From the NCBI GenBank assembly GCA_026982655.1, contig JALSGO010000165.1, positions 35,032-99,031 of the forward strand: a DNA stretch of 64,000 nucleotides, in the 5' to 3' direction. Below are positions 10,134-19,594 of this stretch, piece by piece. Numbering within the stretch: the stretch's first letter is position 1; each line of letters starts with the position of its first letter. A program made the position numbers and the translations under genes. Under the pieces are notes generated by a model. The model was not told where the DNA came from. It was given only the letters and a program-made list of their open reading frames with translations, and ran no database searches. The stretch is from Candidatus Bipolaricaulota bacterium. Lineage in GTDB: Bacteria > Bipolaricaulota > Bipolaricaulia > RBG-16-55-9.

Positions 10134-10637
10134 TCAGAGTCCCCATCCCATCAGGAGGGAGGCGAGCACCCGGCGGGAGAGCTCCGGGGTCCGATCCAGG
10201 ACGTACCAGAACGACCGCGGGTGGAAGGCCAGAAGCTCCACGGGCGTCTCGCTCACGTAGGAGGCGACCTGGGGCCCGCCGCTCACGATCGCCAAGCCCC
10301 CCAGAAGCGCCCCGGGGCCGAGGCGCGCCAGCGGCTTGCCCGCCTTTTGCACCCGCACGGTCCCCTCCACGATCACGAGGAACTCCCAGGAGTAGCTCCC
10401 CTCGGTGAGGATCTCTCGACCCGCTTCGACGTTCACGAGGTCGGCGTGCCGGGCGATCCGCTCCAGCTCTCGGGTGCTCAGTCCCCGAAAGAGCGGAACT
10501 CCTCTCAGGGTTTCGACCTTCTCGTCCGCACGCCCGCGCAGCGAGAGCGAGCGCCACATCCCCCGGCGCTCCTCCGCCCGCGGGCTCCGCTCCTTGCCGC
10601 TCTCTAGCCCCTGCTCCAAGACCATTTCTCCTTTCAT
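10134..10637 (-). CDS. single-domain cyclic-nucleotide-binding (cNMP) protein
   Basis: A Crp-type effector domain (FRGLSTRELERIA...GEGSYSWEFLVIVEGTVRV) is present with no HTH. A strong AAGGAAAGGAGAAG SD precedes the ATG at 10637. Confidence 0.7.
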   Translation of the reverse strand: MKGEMVLEQGLESGKERSPRAEERRGMWRSLSLRGRADEKVETLRGVPLFRGLSTRELERIARHADLVNVEAGREILTEGSYSWEFLVIVEGTVRVQKAGKPLARLGPGALLGGLAIVSGGPQVASYVSETPVELLAFHPRSFWYVLDRTPELSRRVLASLLMGWGL

Positions 10638-11200
10638 CTTCTCTTCTCCTTTCCTTTGCTTTCACTTCACTTATGGATCACGACGGACATCGCGTTCACG
10701 CTGCGCCCCTCGCTCCGGCCCCATAGGCGGGATCACGGCACAAAAGACCGCCCGACTTGAGCTCAGCTCAGGCCTTCTGCCTCAGCTCCGGGGCACGAGC
10801 GAAAGGACGATTACTGGATCTGGGTCTTCTGGGACTTCGTACAGATCGGGCCTCGCAGGCCCAGGACGATATGTCCCCATCCAGTGGGGCTCGGAAGGAC
10901 AAAGACCGAGGAAGGGGAATAAAGACAGAGGAGAGATCCGGGGGAACCGACAATCTGCGTAGTACCGTCTGACCGTCTGAACACCACAAGACTCCCCCTT
11001 TCGCAAGGATGTGGGGACTCATTATACCTGGGGAGGATGGGCTTGTCAAAAGGGGGAGACGACTCGTCGAATCTGCCCCCTGATGGTACAATCCGAAAGG
11101 TTGTACGGCATCGTGGGACGGCGCAGGGGTATCGATGGGGTCTCTGGGGGTTGCGGAAGCGACGCGTCCGAAGGGCGATGACCAAGAGAAAGGGGTGTCA

Positions 11201-13630
11201 ATGAAGGCCGACACCGGCCCGCTCCGGCGAGCGCGGCTCCGGGTGCGGGTCTACGGCGCGGTGCAAGGTGTAGGCTTCCGCCCCTTTGTCTACCGTCTGG
11301 CTCAGGAGCTGGGTCTGACCGGATACGTCCAAAACTCTGCCTCCGGTGTCACGCTGGAGGTGGAGGGCCCCTTGGACCGGCTGGAGGCGTTTCGGGAGCG
11401 GCTCATCACGGAAGCTCCCCCTAACGCTGTGATCCACCGCGTTGAGTGTGAGTCCTGTGCGGTCCGGGGGGATTCCCGCTTCGTCATCCGCGCCAGCGAT
11501 GCAGAGGGGGGACAGACCGCCTTTGTGCTCCCCGATGTGGCGACTTGCTCCGATTGCTTGCGGGAGATCTTCGATCCCTCGGACCGAAGGTATCGCTATC
11601 CCTTCACAAACTGCACGAACTGCGGACCCCGCTTCACGATCCTAGAGGCCTTGCCTTATGACCGTTCCAACACGACCATGAAGGCGTTCTCCATGTGCGC
11701 CGCCTGCCGCGAGGAGTATGAAGATCCCCGAAATCGCCGGTTCCATGCTCAACCGAATGCCTGCCCGGCGTGCGGTCCGCATGTGGAGCTTTGGGGGCCC
11801 GATGGGGTCCCGCTTGCCCGGGAGGACGAGGCCCTGCGGCAGACGGTGGAGGCCCTGCGCAGCGGGCAGATCGTGGCGGTGAAGGGGTTGGGGGGCTTCC
11901 ACCTCTGGGTGGACGCTCGGGACGGCCGAGCCGTGTCGGAGCTGCGACGGCGCAAACGGCGAGGAGAGAAACCGTTTGCCCTGTTATATCCCTCCCTTGC
12001 GGTCTTGGAAGCCCATGCCTACCTCTCCCCGCTGGAGGCCGATCTCCTCCAGTCCCCTGAAGCTCCGATCGTGTTGCTGCGACGCACGAGCCGCGGAGAG
12101 CGGGAGATCGCCTCCGAGCAGATCGCTCCCTATACCCCGTACTTGGGAGCGATGCTCCCCTACACCCCACTCCATCATCTGTTGCTCCACGATCTGGGGA
12201 CTCCCGTGGTGGCCACCAGCGGCAACCTCGCAGAGGAGCCCCTTTGCATTGACGAGAGGGAGGCGCAAGAGCGCTTAGCGGGCATCGCGGACCTGTTCCT
12301 CGTGCACAACCGGCCCATCGCTCGTCCTTGTGATGACTCTGTCGTGCGGGTCATTGGGGGACGGCCCGTCCTCCTGAGGAGGGCTCGAGGGTACGCTCCC
12401 CTGCCCCTCACCCTGCCGGAGGCGTGGCCCTTGCCCCCCGTCTTGAAGGGCTCCGGAGCGCTGCTGGCCGTCGGTGGACACCTCAAGAACACCGTGGCTC
12501 TGGCGATCGGACGCCACGTCTTTTTGAGCCAACACGTCGGCGACCTCGACACGGCCTTGACTCGACGAGCGTTCCTGCAGGCGATACGCGACCTGACCGC
12601 GCTCTACCGGCGTGAGCCGTCGGGCGTGATTTGCGATGCCCATCCGGATTACGCCTCCACCCAACACGCCCGTCGGCTTGGGAAACCTCTCCAGCGGGTG
12701 CAGCACCACGTAGCCCACGTATGGGGCTGCGTGGCGGAGCACGACGTGGAGCTCCCGGCGCTGGGTGTCGCGTGGGACGGGACGGGTTACGGGCCCGATG
12801 GGACCGTCTGGGGAGGAGAGTTCTTCGTCCTCACCCCTCCGGGGCGGGCGGAAAGGGTGGCTCACCTGCGACGCTTCCCTTTGCCGGGGGGCGAGCAAGC
12901 CGTCCGGGAGCCCCGTCGTGCTGCTCTGGGGCTGCTGTACGCCCTGTGGGGGGATCGGGCCTTCGCTCGTCGCGACATCCCTACGCTCCGGGCCTTCTCG
13001 CCTCCGGAGCTCGAGGTCCTCCGCGGAATGCTCCGCAAGCGGGTGCGCTGCCCGGAGACCTCCAGCGCCGGCCGGCTCTTCGACGCGGTGGCTTCCCTAG
13101 CAGGGGTCCGACAGCGCACGAGCTTTGAAGGCCAAGCGGCGGTCGAGCTGGAGCATCGGGCGGAGCAGGTCTCCGCGCTGGCTCCCGACCTTCCCGAGGA
13201 GAACCTGCCTCGCTGGGGCTTCGCCCTCCTCCGCCGGGGAGGGATGTGGACCGTCGACTGGGAACCTTTCGTGATAGCCCTCCTAGGGGATCCCGAACGC
13301 CCGTCGGGGGAGCGCCGACCGAGAGCGGAGGAGATCGCTTGGGCGTTCCATCGCGCGTGTGTAGAGGCCATAGTCACGCTGTCTCGACAGATCGGTCTTC
13401 CTCGGGTGGTGCTGAGCGGCGGGTGCTTTCAGAACCGCCTGCTCACGGAATGGAGCCTCCGACGGTTGAAGGAGGAGGGAATAGACGCCTTCGTCCCCGA
13501 GCGGGTTCCCCCCGGCGACGGGGGCCTAGCGCTGGGCCAAGTCGCGGCGGCGATCTGGCAACTCACCCAACTCCCGTCCCGGCGCGGAGGAGGAGAGGAT
13601 GTGCCTAGCCGTCCCCGGACGGATCGTTGA
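11201..13630 (+). CDS. hypF: [NiFe]-hydrogenase maturation carbamoyltransferase HypF
   Basis: An acylphosphatase domain (VQGVGFRPFVYRLA) is followed by two CxxC...CxxC zinc-finger pairs, YrdC-like and Kae1-like domains. The start is trimmed to the ATG at 11201, which has an SD. Confidence 0.9.
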   Translation: MKADTGPLRRARLRVRVYGAVQGVGFRPFVYRLAQELGLTGYVQNSASGVTLEVEGPLDRLEAFRERLITEAPPNAVIHRVECESCAVRGDSRFVIRASDAEGGQTAFVLPDVATCSDCLREIFDPSDRRYRYPFTNCTNCGPRFTILEALPYDRSNTTMKAFSMCAACREEYEDPRNRRFHAQPNACPACGPHVELWGPDGVPLAREDEALRQTVEALRSGQIVAVKGLGGFHLWVDARDGRAVSELRRRKRRGEKPFALLYPSLAVLEAHAYLSPLEADLLQSPEAPIVLLRRTSRGEREIASEQIAPYTPYLGAMLPYTPLHHLLLHDLGTPVVATSGNLAEEPLCIDEREAQERLAGIADLFLVHNRPIARPCDDSVVRVIGGRPVLLRRARGYAPLPLTLPEAWPLPPVLKGSGALLAVGGHLKNTVALAIGRHVFLSQHVGDLDTALTRRAFLQAIRDLTALYRREPSGVICDAHPDYASTQHARRLGKPLQRVQHHVAHVWGCVAEHDVELPALGVAWDGTGYGPDGTVWGGEFFVLTPPGRAERVAHLRRFPLPGGEQAVREPRRAALGLLYALWGDRAFARRDIPTLRAFSPPELEVLRGMLRKRVRCPETSSAGRLFDAVASLAGVRQRTSFEGQAAVELEHRAEQVSALAPDLPEENLPRWGFALLRRGGMWTVDWEPFVIALLGDPERPSGERRPRAEEIAWAFHRACVEAIVTLSRQIGLPRVVLSGGCFQNRLLTEWSLRRLKEEGIDAFVPERVPPGDGGLALGQVAAAIWQLTQLPSRRGGGEDVPSRPRTDR

Positions 13631-13865
13631 ACTCCAGGAGGAAGGGCCGTTGGCCCGGCAGGGGCGCGTCGACTTCGGCGGCCTCGTCAAGACCGTGAAC
13701 TTGACGCTTGTCCCCGAGGCGCGGGTTGGGGACTACGTCTTGGTCCACGTGGGGATTGCGATCAGCGTGGTGGACGAGCGCGAAGCCCGACGAGTCCTGG
13801 AGTTCCTCCAGCAAGAAGCTCCCGAAGATCTGGAAGAGCTTCGGATCCCCGAGGAGGGAGGCTGA
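13599..13865 (+). CDS. hypC: hydrogenase maturation factor HypC
   Basis: The invariant N-terminus MCLAVPGRIVE is present. A GGAGGAGAGG SD precedes the gene, which overlaps the hypF 3' end by 32 nt. Confidence 0.9.
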   Translation: MCLAVPGRIVELQEEGPLARQGRVDFGGLVKTVNLTLVPEARVGDYVLVHVGIAISVVDEREARRVLEFLQQEAPEDLEELRIPEEGG

Positions 13866-13871
13866 GCTGAG

Positions 13872-15002
13872 ATGCGGTTCCTAGAGGAGTACCGTGATCG
13901 GCGGTGGGCCCAACGCTACGCCCGCCTGATCGCCCGGACCGTAACCCGTCCCTGGACCCTCATGGAAGTTTGTGGAGGGCAGACGCACGCCATTGTGCGC
14001 TTTGGAATTGATGAACTCCTGCCCGACGAGATCACCCTGGTCCACGGACCGGGATGCCCGGTCTGCGTCACGCCCGTGGAGATCTTGGACAAGGCCCTGT
14101 ACCTCGCAGCCCAGCCGGGGGTGATCTTCTGCTCGTTCGGGGACATGTTGCGGGTGCCGGGCAGCCAAGGCGACCTCCTCCGCGTAAAAGCACAGGGCGC
14201 AGATGTGCGCATCGTATACTCTCCCTTGGACGCGGTCCGCTTGGCCCAGCGCTATCCCGATCGCGAGGTCGTCTTCTTCGCGGTGGGCTTCGAGACCACC
14301 GCGCCGGCGAATGCCTTGGCGGTGCGGCAGGCGCACGCCCTGGGGCTGAAGAACTTCTCGCTGCTGGTGGCCCACGTCCTCGTCCCTCCCGCGATGGAAG
14401 CGATCCTGCGTTCTCCGGCCAACCGGGTCCAAGGGTTCCTCGCCGCAGGTCACGTGTGCACCGTGATGGGCTACGAGGAATACCGCCCACTCGCCCGCCG
14501 CTACCGGGTGCCCATCGTCGTAACGGGCTTCGAGCCCCTAGACCTCCTCCAAGGGATCTATCTCTGTGTGCGGCAGTTGGAGGAAGAACGCTTCGAGGTG
14601 GAGAACCAGTATGCACGATCGGTACGGCCGAAGGGCAACCGAGAGGCCCAACGACTGATCCGGGAGGTCTTCGAGGTCGTGCCCCGGAAGTGGCGGGGCA
14701 TGGGGGAGCTGCCCCGGAGCGGCTTGGGGCTGCGCGCCCCCTATCGGCAATACGACGCCGAGCACAAGTTCGCGCTGTACAGCTCCGGCTCCGATGAGCC
14801 GGAGGACTGCATCGCCGGGCTTGTCCTTCAAGGGATCAAGAAGCCTCCGGACTGCCCCGCCTTTGGGACCCGTTGTACCCCGGAGCATCCCTTGGGAGCT
14901 CCCATGGTCTCCTCCGAGGGGGCTTGTGCGGCGTACTATCGCTACCGCCGCCGTCCGTCCGAAGGCCACGGGCGCCGGGAGGAGGTGTCTGCCTCCGAAT
15001 GA
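13872..15002 (+). CDS. hypD: hydrogenase maturation factor HypD
   Basis: HypD motifs CGGQTH and GPGCPVC plus C-terminal Cys clusters are present. Confidence 0.9.
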   Translation: MRFLEEYRDRRWAQRYARLIARTVTRPWTLMEVCGGQTHAIVRFGIDELLPDEITLVHGPGCPVCVTPVEILDKALYLAAQPGVIFCSFGDMLRVPGSQGDLLRVKAQGADVRIVYSPLDAVRLAQRYPDREVVFFAVGFETTAPANALAVRQAHALGLKNFSLLVAHVLVPPAMEAILRSPANRVQGFLAAGHVCTVMGYEEYRPLARRYRVPIVVTGFEPLDLLQGIYLCVRQLEEERFEVENQYARSVRPKGNREAQRLIREVFEVVPRKWRGMGELPRSGLGLRAPYRQYDAEHKFALYSSGSDEPEDCIAGLVLQGIKKPPDCPAFGTRCTPEHPLGAPMVSSEGACAAYYRYRRRPSEGHGRREEVSASE

Positions 15003-16066
15003 CGGAACGGGAAGCTCGATTCTCCTGCCCCCTTCCCCGGGACGACTCCCCCCACGTCTTGCTGGCCCACGGAGGGGGAGGTCGCCTGATGGGGCGGCTC
15101 CTCGAAGGGATCGTATCGGCGCTGGGCGGCCCGCCGCTTGAGCATCGCCACGATGGAGCCGTCCTGGCCCTCCCCCTGGAGGGAGGGGACCGAGCGGCGT
15201 TCACCACCGACTCCTATGTGGTGAGCCCCCTCTTCTTCCCCGGCGGCGACATCGGAAAGCTCGCCGTTTACGGAACGGTGAACGACTTGGCCATGTGCGG
15301 CGCGCGCCCGGCCTACCTGAGCGTGGGGATGATCCTGGAGGAAGGCCTGCCTTGGGAGACGCTCGAGCGCGTGGTGGAATCGCTGCGAGAGGCTGCCGAC
15401 CGAGCTGGGGTCTACATCGTGACCGGCGACACGAAGGTCGTGGACAAGGGAAAGGGCGACGGCCTGTTCCTCAACACCGCGGGCTTGGGGATCGTGCCGT
15501 CGGGCGTAGAGGTCCGTCCTTCGGAGGTCCGGCCGGGAGACGTCGTGCTGCTCAGCGGGGACTTGGGACGCCACGGGATCGCCATCCTCGCCACCCGGGA
15601 AGGGCTGGAGTTCGAGACCGCCATCGAGAGCGACTGCGCTCCGCTGCACGAGCCGGTCCTCCGGCTCCTAGCCGAAGGGGTCGAGGTGCACTGCATGCGC
15701 GATCTGACCCGGGGAGGACTGGCCAGCGCGTTGCTGGAGATCGCGCAAAGCACTCAACTGCACATCGAGATCGAGGAGACCGCGATCCCCGTGCGGCCCG
15801 AGGTCCAGGCTGCCTGCGAGCTGCTGGGCCTCGATCCCCTCTATGTGGCGAACGAGGGGCGCTGGGTCACCTTCGTGCCCGAGGGGGAAGCGGAGCGCGC
15901 GTTGACCCTCTTAAGGGACTACCCCGTAAGCGCGGAAGCCTGCGCGATCGGTCGCGTCCTGCCCGCCTCGGAGGCCCTCGGCGGGCTCGTGACGCTGCGC
16001 ACCGCGATCGGGACAACCCGAACGGTGGACTGGCTAAGCGGCGAGCAGCTTCCCCGCATCTGCTAG
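14999..16066 (+). CDS. hypE: hydrogenase maturation factor HypE
   Basis: A PurM-like fold with a C-terminal PRIC is present. The start is trimmed to the ATG at 14999 (ATGA overlap with the hypD stop), which has a GGAGGAGG SD. Confidence 0.9.
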   Translation: MTEREARFSCPLPRDDSPHVLLAHGGGGRLMGRLLEGIVSALGGPPLEHRHDGAVLALPLEGGDRAAFTTDSYVVSPLFFPGGDIGKLAVYGTVNDLAMCGARPAYLSVGMILEEGLPWETLERVVESLREAADRAGVYIVTGDTKVVDKGKGDGLFLNTAGLGIVPSGVEVRPSEVRPGDVVLLSGDLGRHGIAILATREGLEFETAIESDCAPLHEPVLRLLAEGVEVHCMRDLTRGGLASALLEIAQSTQLHIEIEETAIPVRPEVQAACELLGLDPLYVANEGRWVTFVPEGEAERALTLLRDYPVSAEACAIGRVLPASEALGGLVTLRTAIGTTRTVDWLSGEQLPRIC

Positions 16067-16086
16067 GGGGGGCCTTCATCCCCCCC
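16066..16086 (+). terminator. GC hairpin (GGGGGGG-CCTTCAT-CCCCCCC) directly after the hypE stop, with no U-tract
   Basis: A perfect 7-bp G/C stem starts in the TAG stop codon. The lack of a T-run makes intrinsic termination uncertain. Confidence 0.3.
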
Positions 16087-16153
16087 AGGTGCAATGACTC
16101 CCTTCGCGCTCTATACTGACCCCTCAGAGGGATAGGCGACCACAGAGGAGGCG

Positions 16154-17221
16154 TTGCCCATGTTCTACGCCGTCGTGCTCGCGGGGGGAAGCGGGACGCG
16201 CTTTTGGCCCAAAAGCCGCAAAGATCAGCCCAAACAGCTCTTGGACATCATCGGGACCAGCCCCCTGATCGCCCAGACCTTGGAACGCCTCGAGGGCCTG
16301 TTCACCCGGGAGCGCGTCCTGGTGGTCACCCAAGCCCGGCAGCTCGAGGGGGTCCGCAGGCACATCGACCTCCCGGAGGAGAACCTCCTCGGGGAACCCT
16401 ACTCCCGCAACACGGCGGCGGCCATCGGGTTGGCCGCCCTCGAGCTGAAGCGCCGCGAGGGCGAAGAGGCCGTCTTCGCCGTCCTCCCCTCCGATCACTA
16501 CATCGACGACCTCGACGCCTTCTTAAAGACGCTGCTCTTGGCCAAGGAGGTCGCCCGGATGGGCTTTCTGGTCACCATCGGCATCCGGCCCCGCTACCCC
16601 GAGACGGGCTACGGCTACCTCGAGCTGGGCGAGCCCCTCTTGGACCTGGGCTTCCAGGGCATCTATCACGTGAAGCGCTTCGTGGAGAAGCCCGACCTCC
16701 CCACCGCCGCCCGCTACGTCGAGCAGGGGACCTTCCTCTGGAACAGCGGGACGTTCGTCTGGCAGGTCCAGACCCTGCTGGAGGCAATCGCCCGCCACCT
16801 CCCCGATCTCCACCGGGGACTCCAGCGGATCGAGCAGGCGGACCACGACCCCGACGAGATCGAGCGCATCTACAAGGACCTCCCCGACATCAGCATCGAC
16901 TACGGGGTGATGGAGAAGGCGGACAACTGCGCCGTGGTCATCGGGGACTACGGCTGGAGCGACGTGGGCTCCTGGTCGGCTCTGGCCGAACTCCTGGAGA
17001 AGGACGAACGGGGGAACGTCCGGCGGGGCGAGGTCGTGGCGGTGGACTGCTCCAACTCCGTCTTGTACAGCGACGACGGGCTCATCGGCGCCTTGGGCCT
17101 GCGGGACATGGTCGTCGTATACTCCGGCGGGGCCGTCTTGGTCTGCCCCGTGGAGCGCTCCCAGGACGTCCGCAAAGTGGTGGAGAAGCTCAAGGAGCTG
17201 GGAAAGGAACGGTATCTCTAG
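16154..17221 (+). CDS. manC: mannose-1-phosphate guanylyltransferase (GDP-mannose pyrophosphorylase), no isomerase domain
   Basis: The N-terminus MFYAVVLAGGSGTRFWPKSR carries the nucleotidyltransferase G-loop. The C-terminal left-handed beta-helix region and a GAGGAGG SD are also present. Confidence 0.85.
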   Translation: MPMFYAVVLAGGSGTRFWPKSRKDQPKQLLDIIGTSPLIAQTLERLEGLFTRERVLVVTQARQLEGVRRHIDLPEENLLGEPYSRNTAAAIGLAALELKRREGEEAVFAVLPSDHYIDDLDAFLKTLLLAKEVARMGFLVTIGIRPRYPETGYGYLELGEPLLDLGFQGIYHVKRFVEKPDLPTAARYVEQGTFLWNSGTFVWQVQTLLEAIARHLPDLHRGLQRIEQADHDPDEIERIYKDLPDISIDYGVMEKADNCAVVIGDYGWSDVGSWSALAELLEKDERGNVRRGEVVAVDCSNSVLYSDDGLIGALGLRDMVVVYSGGAVLVCPVERSQDVRKVVEKLKELGKERYL

Positions 17222-17230
17222 CTCAAACCC

Positions 17231-19594
17231 ATGAAGCCAGGGGGGAAGCCGCGTTCGGCCCGTTGGGTGCGGAGGATCGCCTTCATCGGCGATTACCCCC
17301 CGCGCCGCTGCGGGATCGCGGCGTTTACCCACGACCTCTGCGAGGCGATCGCGGAGCAGTACCCCGACATCGACTGCTTCGCCGTCGCCGTCACGGACCG
17401 CGAGGAGGGGTACGACTATCCCCCCCGAGTCCGCTTCGAGATCCCCGAGGAGAACCTGGCCTCCTATCGACGGGCCGCGGAGTTCCTCAACACCAACCAC
17501 GTCGATCGGGTCTGCGTCCAGCACGAGTACGGCATCTACGGCGGCCCGGAGGGGCGCTACCTCTTGGCCCTCTTACACGAGCTGCACATGCCCACCGTCA
17601 CCACCCTCCACACGATCCTCAAGGAGCCCAACCCCGAGCAGCGGCACGTGCTCGAGGAGCTGGCCCGCCTCTCGGATCGCCTGGTGACCCTCAGCCGCAA
17701 GGGGGCCGAATTCCTCACGGAGATCTACGGGGTCCCCCCGGAGAAGATCGACCCCATCCCCCACGGCATCCCCGACATGCCCTTCGTGGACCCCAACTTC
17801 TACAAGGACCAGTTCGGGGTCGAGGGGCGCACCGTCTTGCTGACCTTCGGCCTCCTCTCCCGGAACAAGGGGATCGAATACGTATTGGACGCGCTCCCTG
17901 CGATCGTGAAGCGCCACCCCGAGGTGGTGTACATCGTGCTCGGCCCCACCCATCCCGGCGTGGTCCGCCACGAGGGGGAGGTCTACCGCCGCTCCCTCGA
18001 GGAGCGCGTCGCGAAGCTCCGCCTCGAGGAGCACGTGATCTTCGACGCCCGCTTCGTGAGCTTAGAGGAGCTGATCGCCTACATCGGGGCCGCCGATGTC
18101 TATATCACGCCCTACCCCAACAAGGAGCAGATCTCCTCGGGGACGCTCTCCTACGCCCTGGGGGCGGGCAAGGCGATCGTCTCGACCCCCTATTGGTACG
18201 CCGAGGAGCTGCTGGCCGACGGGCGCGGCGTGCTGGTGCCCTTCCGCGACTCGGAGGCCCTCGCCGAGGCCGTCTGTGAGCTTTTGGAGAACGAGACGGA
18301 GCGGCACGCGATGCGCAAGCGCGCGTATCTCTTCGGTCGGGAGATGATCTGGCCCAAGGTGGCCCAACGGTATCTGGAGAGCTTCAAGCGGGCGCTGGAG
18401 GAGCGGCTGCGGTCGCCTCGGCCTCGGGTCTCTTTGAGAACCCCAAGCTCCCGGGAGCTTCCGCCCCTCAAGCTCGACCACCTCCTGCGCCTCACGGACG
18501 ACACGGGCCTGCTGCAGCACGCCTCCTTTGGGGTTCCCCACTACCAAGAGGGCTACACCACGGACGACAACGCGCGGGCCCTCTTGCTGGCGGTCACCCT
18601 GGAGCAGCTGGGCGAGCCCTCGGGGAACGCGCAGCACGCGCAAGGGGTTCAAGCCCGCGTCCGGGAGCTGGCCCCTCGGTATTTGGCCTTCCTGCGCTAC
18701 GCCTTTGACCCGGGGACGGGCCGCTTTCGGAACGTCTTGGGGTATGACCGTCGCTGGCGGGAGGAGGTCGGGTCCGAGGACAGCCACGGACGGGCGCTCT
18801 GGGCGCTGGGGGCCGTGCTCCACCGCTCGCACCGCCACGATCTTCGGGGCCTGGCGGCCTGGCTCTTCGAGGGGGCCCTCCCCGCGGCCCTTGAGCTCAA
18901 GAGCCCTCGGGCGTGGGCCTTCGGTCTGCTGGGGCTGTGGGAGTACCTCCAAGCGTTCCCCGGGAGCCGCGAGGCCCTGCGCGCCGCCCAGGAGCTGGGC
19001 GAGCGGCTCTTTAAGCTTTACGAGAGGAACGCATCGAAGGAGTGGCCCTGGTTCGAAGATCAACTCACGTACGACAACGCGACGCTCCCCCACGGGCTGC
19101 TGCTCGCCGGGGAGGTCCTCAAGCGCTCGGAGATGAGGGACGCGGCACTCGAAGCCCTGGAGTGGCTGGTGGGCGTTCAAAAGGCCGAGGAGGGGCATTT
19201 TGTCCCCATCGGCAATCGGGGGTTCTACCCGCGGGGGGGCGAGCGGGCGCGCTTCGATCAGCAGCCCATCGAAGCTTATGCAACCGTGGCCGCGGCCCTG
19301 ACGGCCCACCGGCTCACGGGGAAGGGACGGTGGCACGAGGAGGCCCACCGGGCGTTTGAGTGGTTCTTGGGGCGAAACGACCTGGGCCTGCCGCTGTACG
19401 ACCCGCAGACGGGGGGCTGCCGGGATGGGCTTCAGCCCGACGGCGTCAACGAGAACCAGGGGGCCGAGTCGACGTTGGCGTTTCTCCTCTCGCGGGTGGA
19501 GCTGGCACGACACGAGGACACTCATCGCCTGGCGCTCGTGGACGCACGCGTACAACCCTCTAACGGGAACGGGAACGGAAAGGGGGAAGACTAG
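17231..19594 (+). CDS. two-domain protein with an N-terminal GT4 glycosyltransferase and a C-terminal (alpha/alpha)6 glycosidase-like domain
   Basis: The first roughly 390 aa have a GT-B/GT4 fold (EX7E-like ...FGLSMVE-type motif near ...SSGTLSYALGAGKAIV). The last roughly 390 aa resemble six-hairpin glycosidase or debranching-enzyme C-terminal domains (DDNARALLLAV...). The ATG at 17231 lacks a clear SD, so the start is uncertain. Confidence 0.65.
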   Translation: MKPGGKPRSARWVRRIAFIGDYPPRRCGIAAFTHDLCEAIAEQYPDIDCFAVAVTDREEGYDYPPRVRFEIPEENLASYRRAAEFLNTNHVDRVCVQHEYGIYGGPEGRYLLALLHELHMPTVTTLHTILKEPNPEQRHVLEELARLSDRLVTLSRKGAEFLTEIYGVPPEKIDPIPHGIPDMPFVDPNFYKDQFGVEGRTVLLTFGLLSRNKGIEYVLDALPAIVKRHPEVVYIVLGPTHPGVVRHEGEVYRRSLEERVAKLRLEEHVIFDARFVSLEELIAYIGAADVYITPYPNKEQISSGTLSYALGAGKAIVSTPYWYAEELLADGRGVLVPFRDSEALAEAVCELLENETERHAMRKRAYLFGREMIWPKVAQRYLESFKRALEERLRSPRPRVSLRTPSSRELPPLKLDHLLRLTDDTGLLQHASFGVPHYQEGYTTDDNARALLLAVTLEQLGEPSGNAQHAQGVQARVRELAPRYLAFLRYAFDPGTGRFRNVLGYDRRWREEVGSEDSHGRALWALGAVLHRSHRHDLRGLAAWLFEGALPAALELKSPRAWAFGLLGLWEYLQAFPGSREALRAAQELGERLFKLYERNASKEWPWFEDQLTYDNATLPHGLLLAGEVLKRSEMRDAALEALEWLVGVQKAEEGHFVPIGNRGFYPRGGERARFDQQPIEAYATVAAALTAHRLTGKGRWHEEAHRAFEWFLGRNDLGLPLYDPQTGGCRDGLQPDGVNENQGAESTLAFLLSRVELARHEDTHRLALVDARVQPSNGNGNGKGED

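Noticed and set aside
16204-18279. The 691-aa plus-strand ORF spanning manC and the GT4 gene
   Set aside because: It is an alternative frame of two well-supported genes. The protein is Arg/Pro/Gly-rich without motifs. Dozens of similar long ORFs elsewhere are the same high-GC artefact (for example 4416..4810 region frames, 18062..19555, 34863..36575, 56315..57922 and 60795..63623 alternative frames).
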